The notes under the pieces: model-generated
What the model was told of the DNA's origin: nothing
Databases searched by the model: none
Seen by the model: the letters and a program-made list of their open reading frames with translations, nothing else
Program-made: the position numbers and the translations under genes
In this document: positions 63,936 to 64,000 of the stretch, piece by piece
Layout: the number at the start of each line of letters is the position of its first letter
Position numbering within the stretch: the first letter of the stretch is position 1
Assembly: GCA_951406725.2 (NCBI GenBank)
Contig: OX597820.1
Span: 113,770,001-113,834,000 of the forward strand
DNA from: Octopus vulgaris
Lineage: Eukaryota
DNA length: 64,000 nucleotides
Reading direction: 5' to 3'

Positions 63936-64000
63936 ATATATATATACTTCCAAAAATGGTTTGTATGTATTTATGCACTATGGGCATACAGGTAGTTTTA

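Overview
Eukaryotic, AT-rich, microsatellite- and SINE-dense DNA of the kind typical of coleoid cephalopods (Octopus-like; organism is an inference). Almost the whole window appears to be one + strand gene that starts upstream of position 1. It has two giant coding exons (<1-8471 and 34559-42053) and a chain of small GT-AG exons, all phase 0 (12369-12440, 16461-16541, possibly 25445-25644, 43895-43948, 46870-46932, 49100-49153, 51461-51526, 58065-58130, and a likely terminal exon at 62314). Together they would encode an acidic, disordered protein of more than 5,400 aa that I cannot name. Its recognisable parts are short linear motifs: five WH2-like plus polyproline modules, FFAT-like motifs (two formed only across exon junctions), an AKAP-like helix and a 36 x 39-aa array broken by a 10-bp frameshifting insertion. 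The introns hold several SINE families, a DD37D maT transposon relic, Penelope GIY-YIG, Gypsy integrase and R4-like relics, and a non-autonomous Helitron. They also hold several minimal hammerhead-ribozyme-like motifs, fold-back hairpins, and a near-perfect 143-bp inverted repeat pair bracketing one FFAT exon. Most other ORFs in the track are microsatellite or antisense artefacts.
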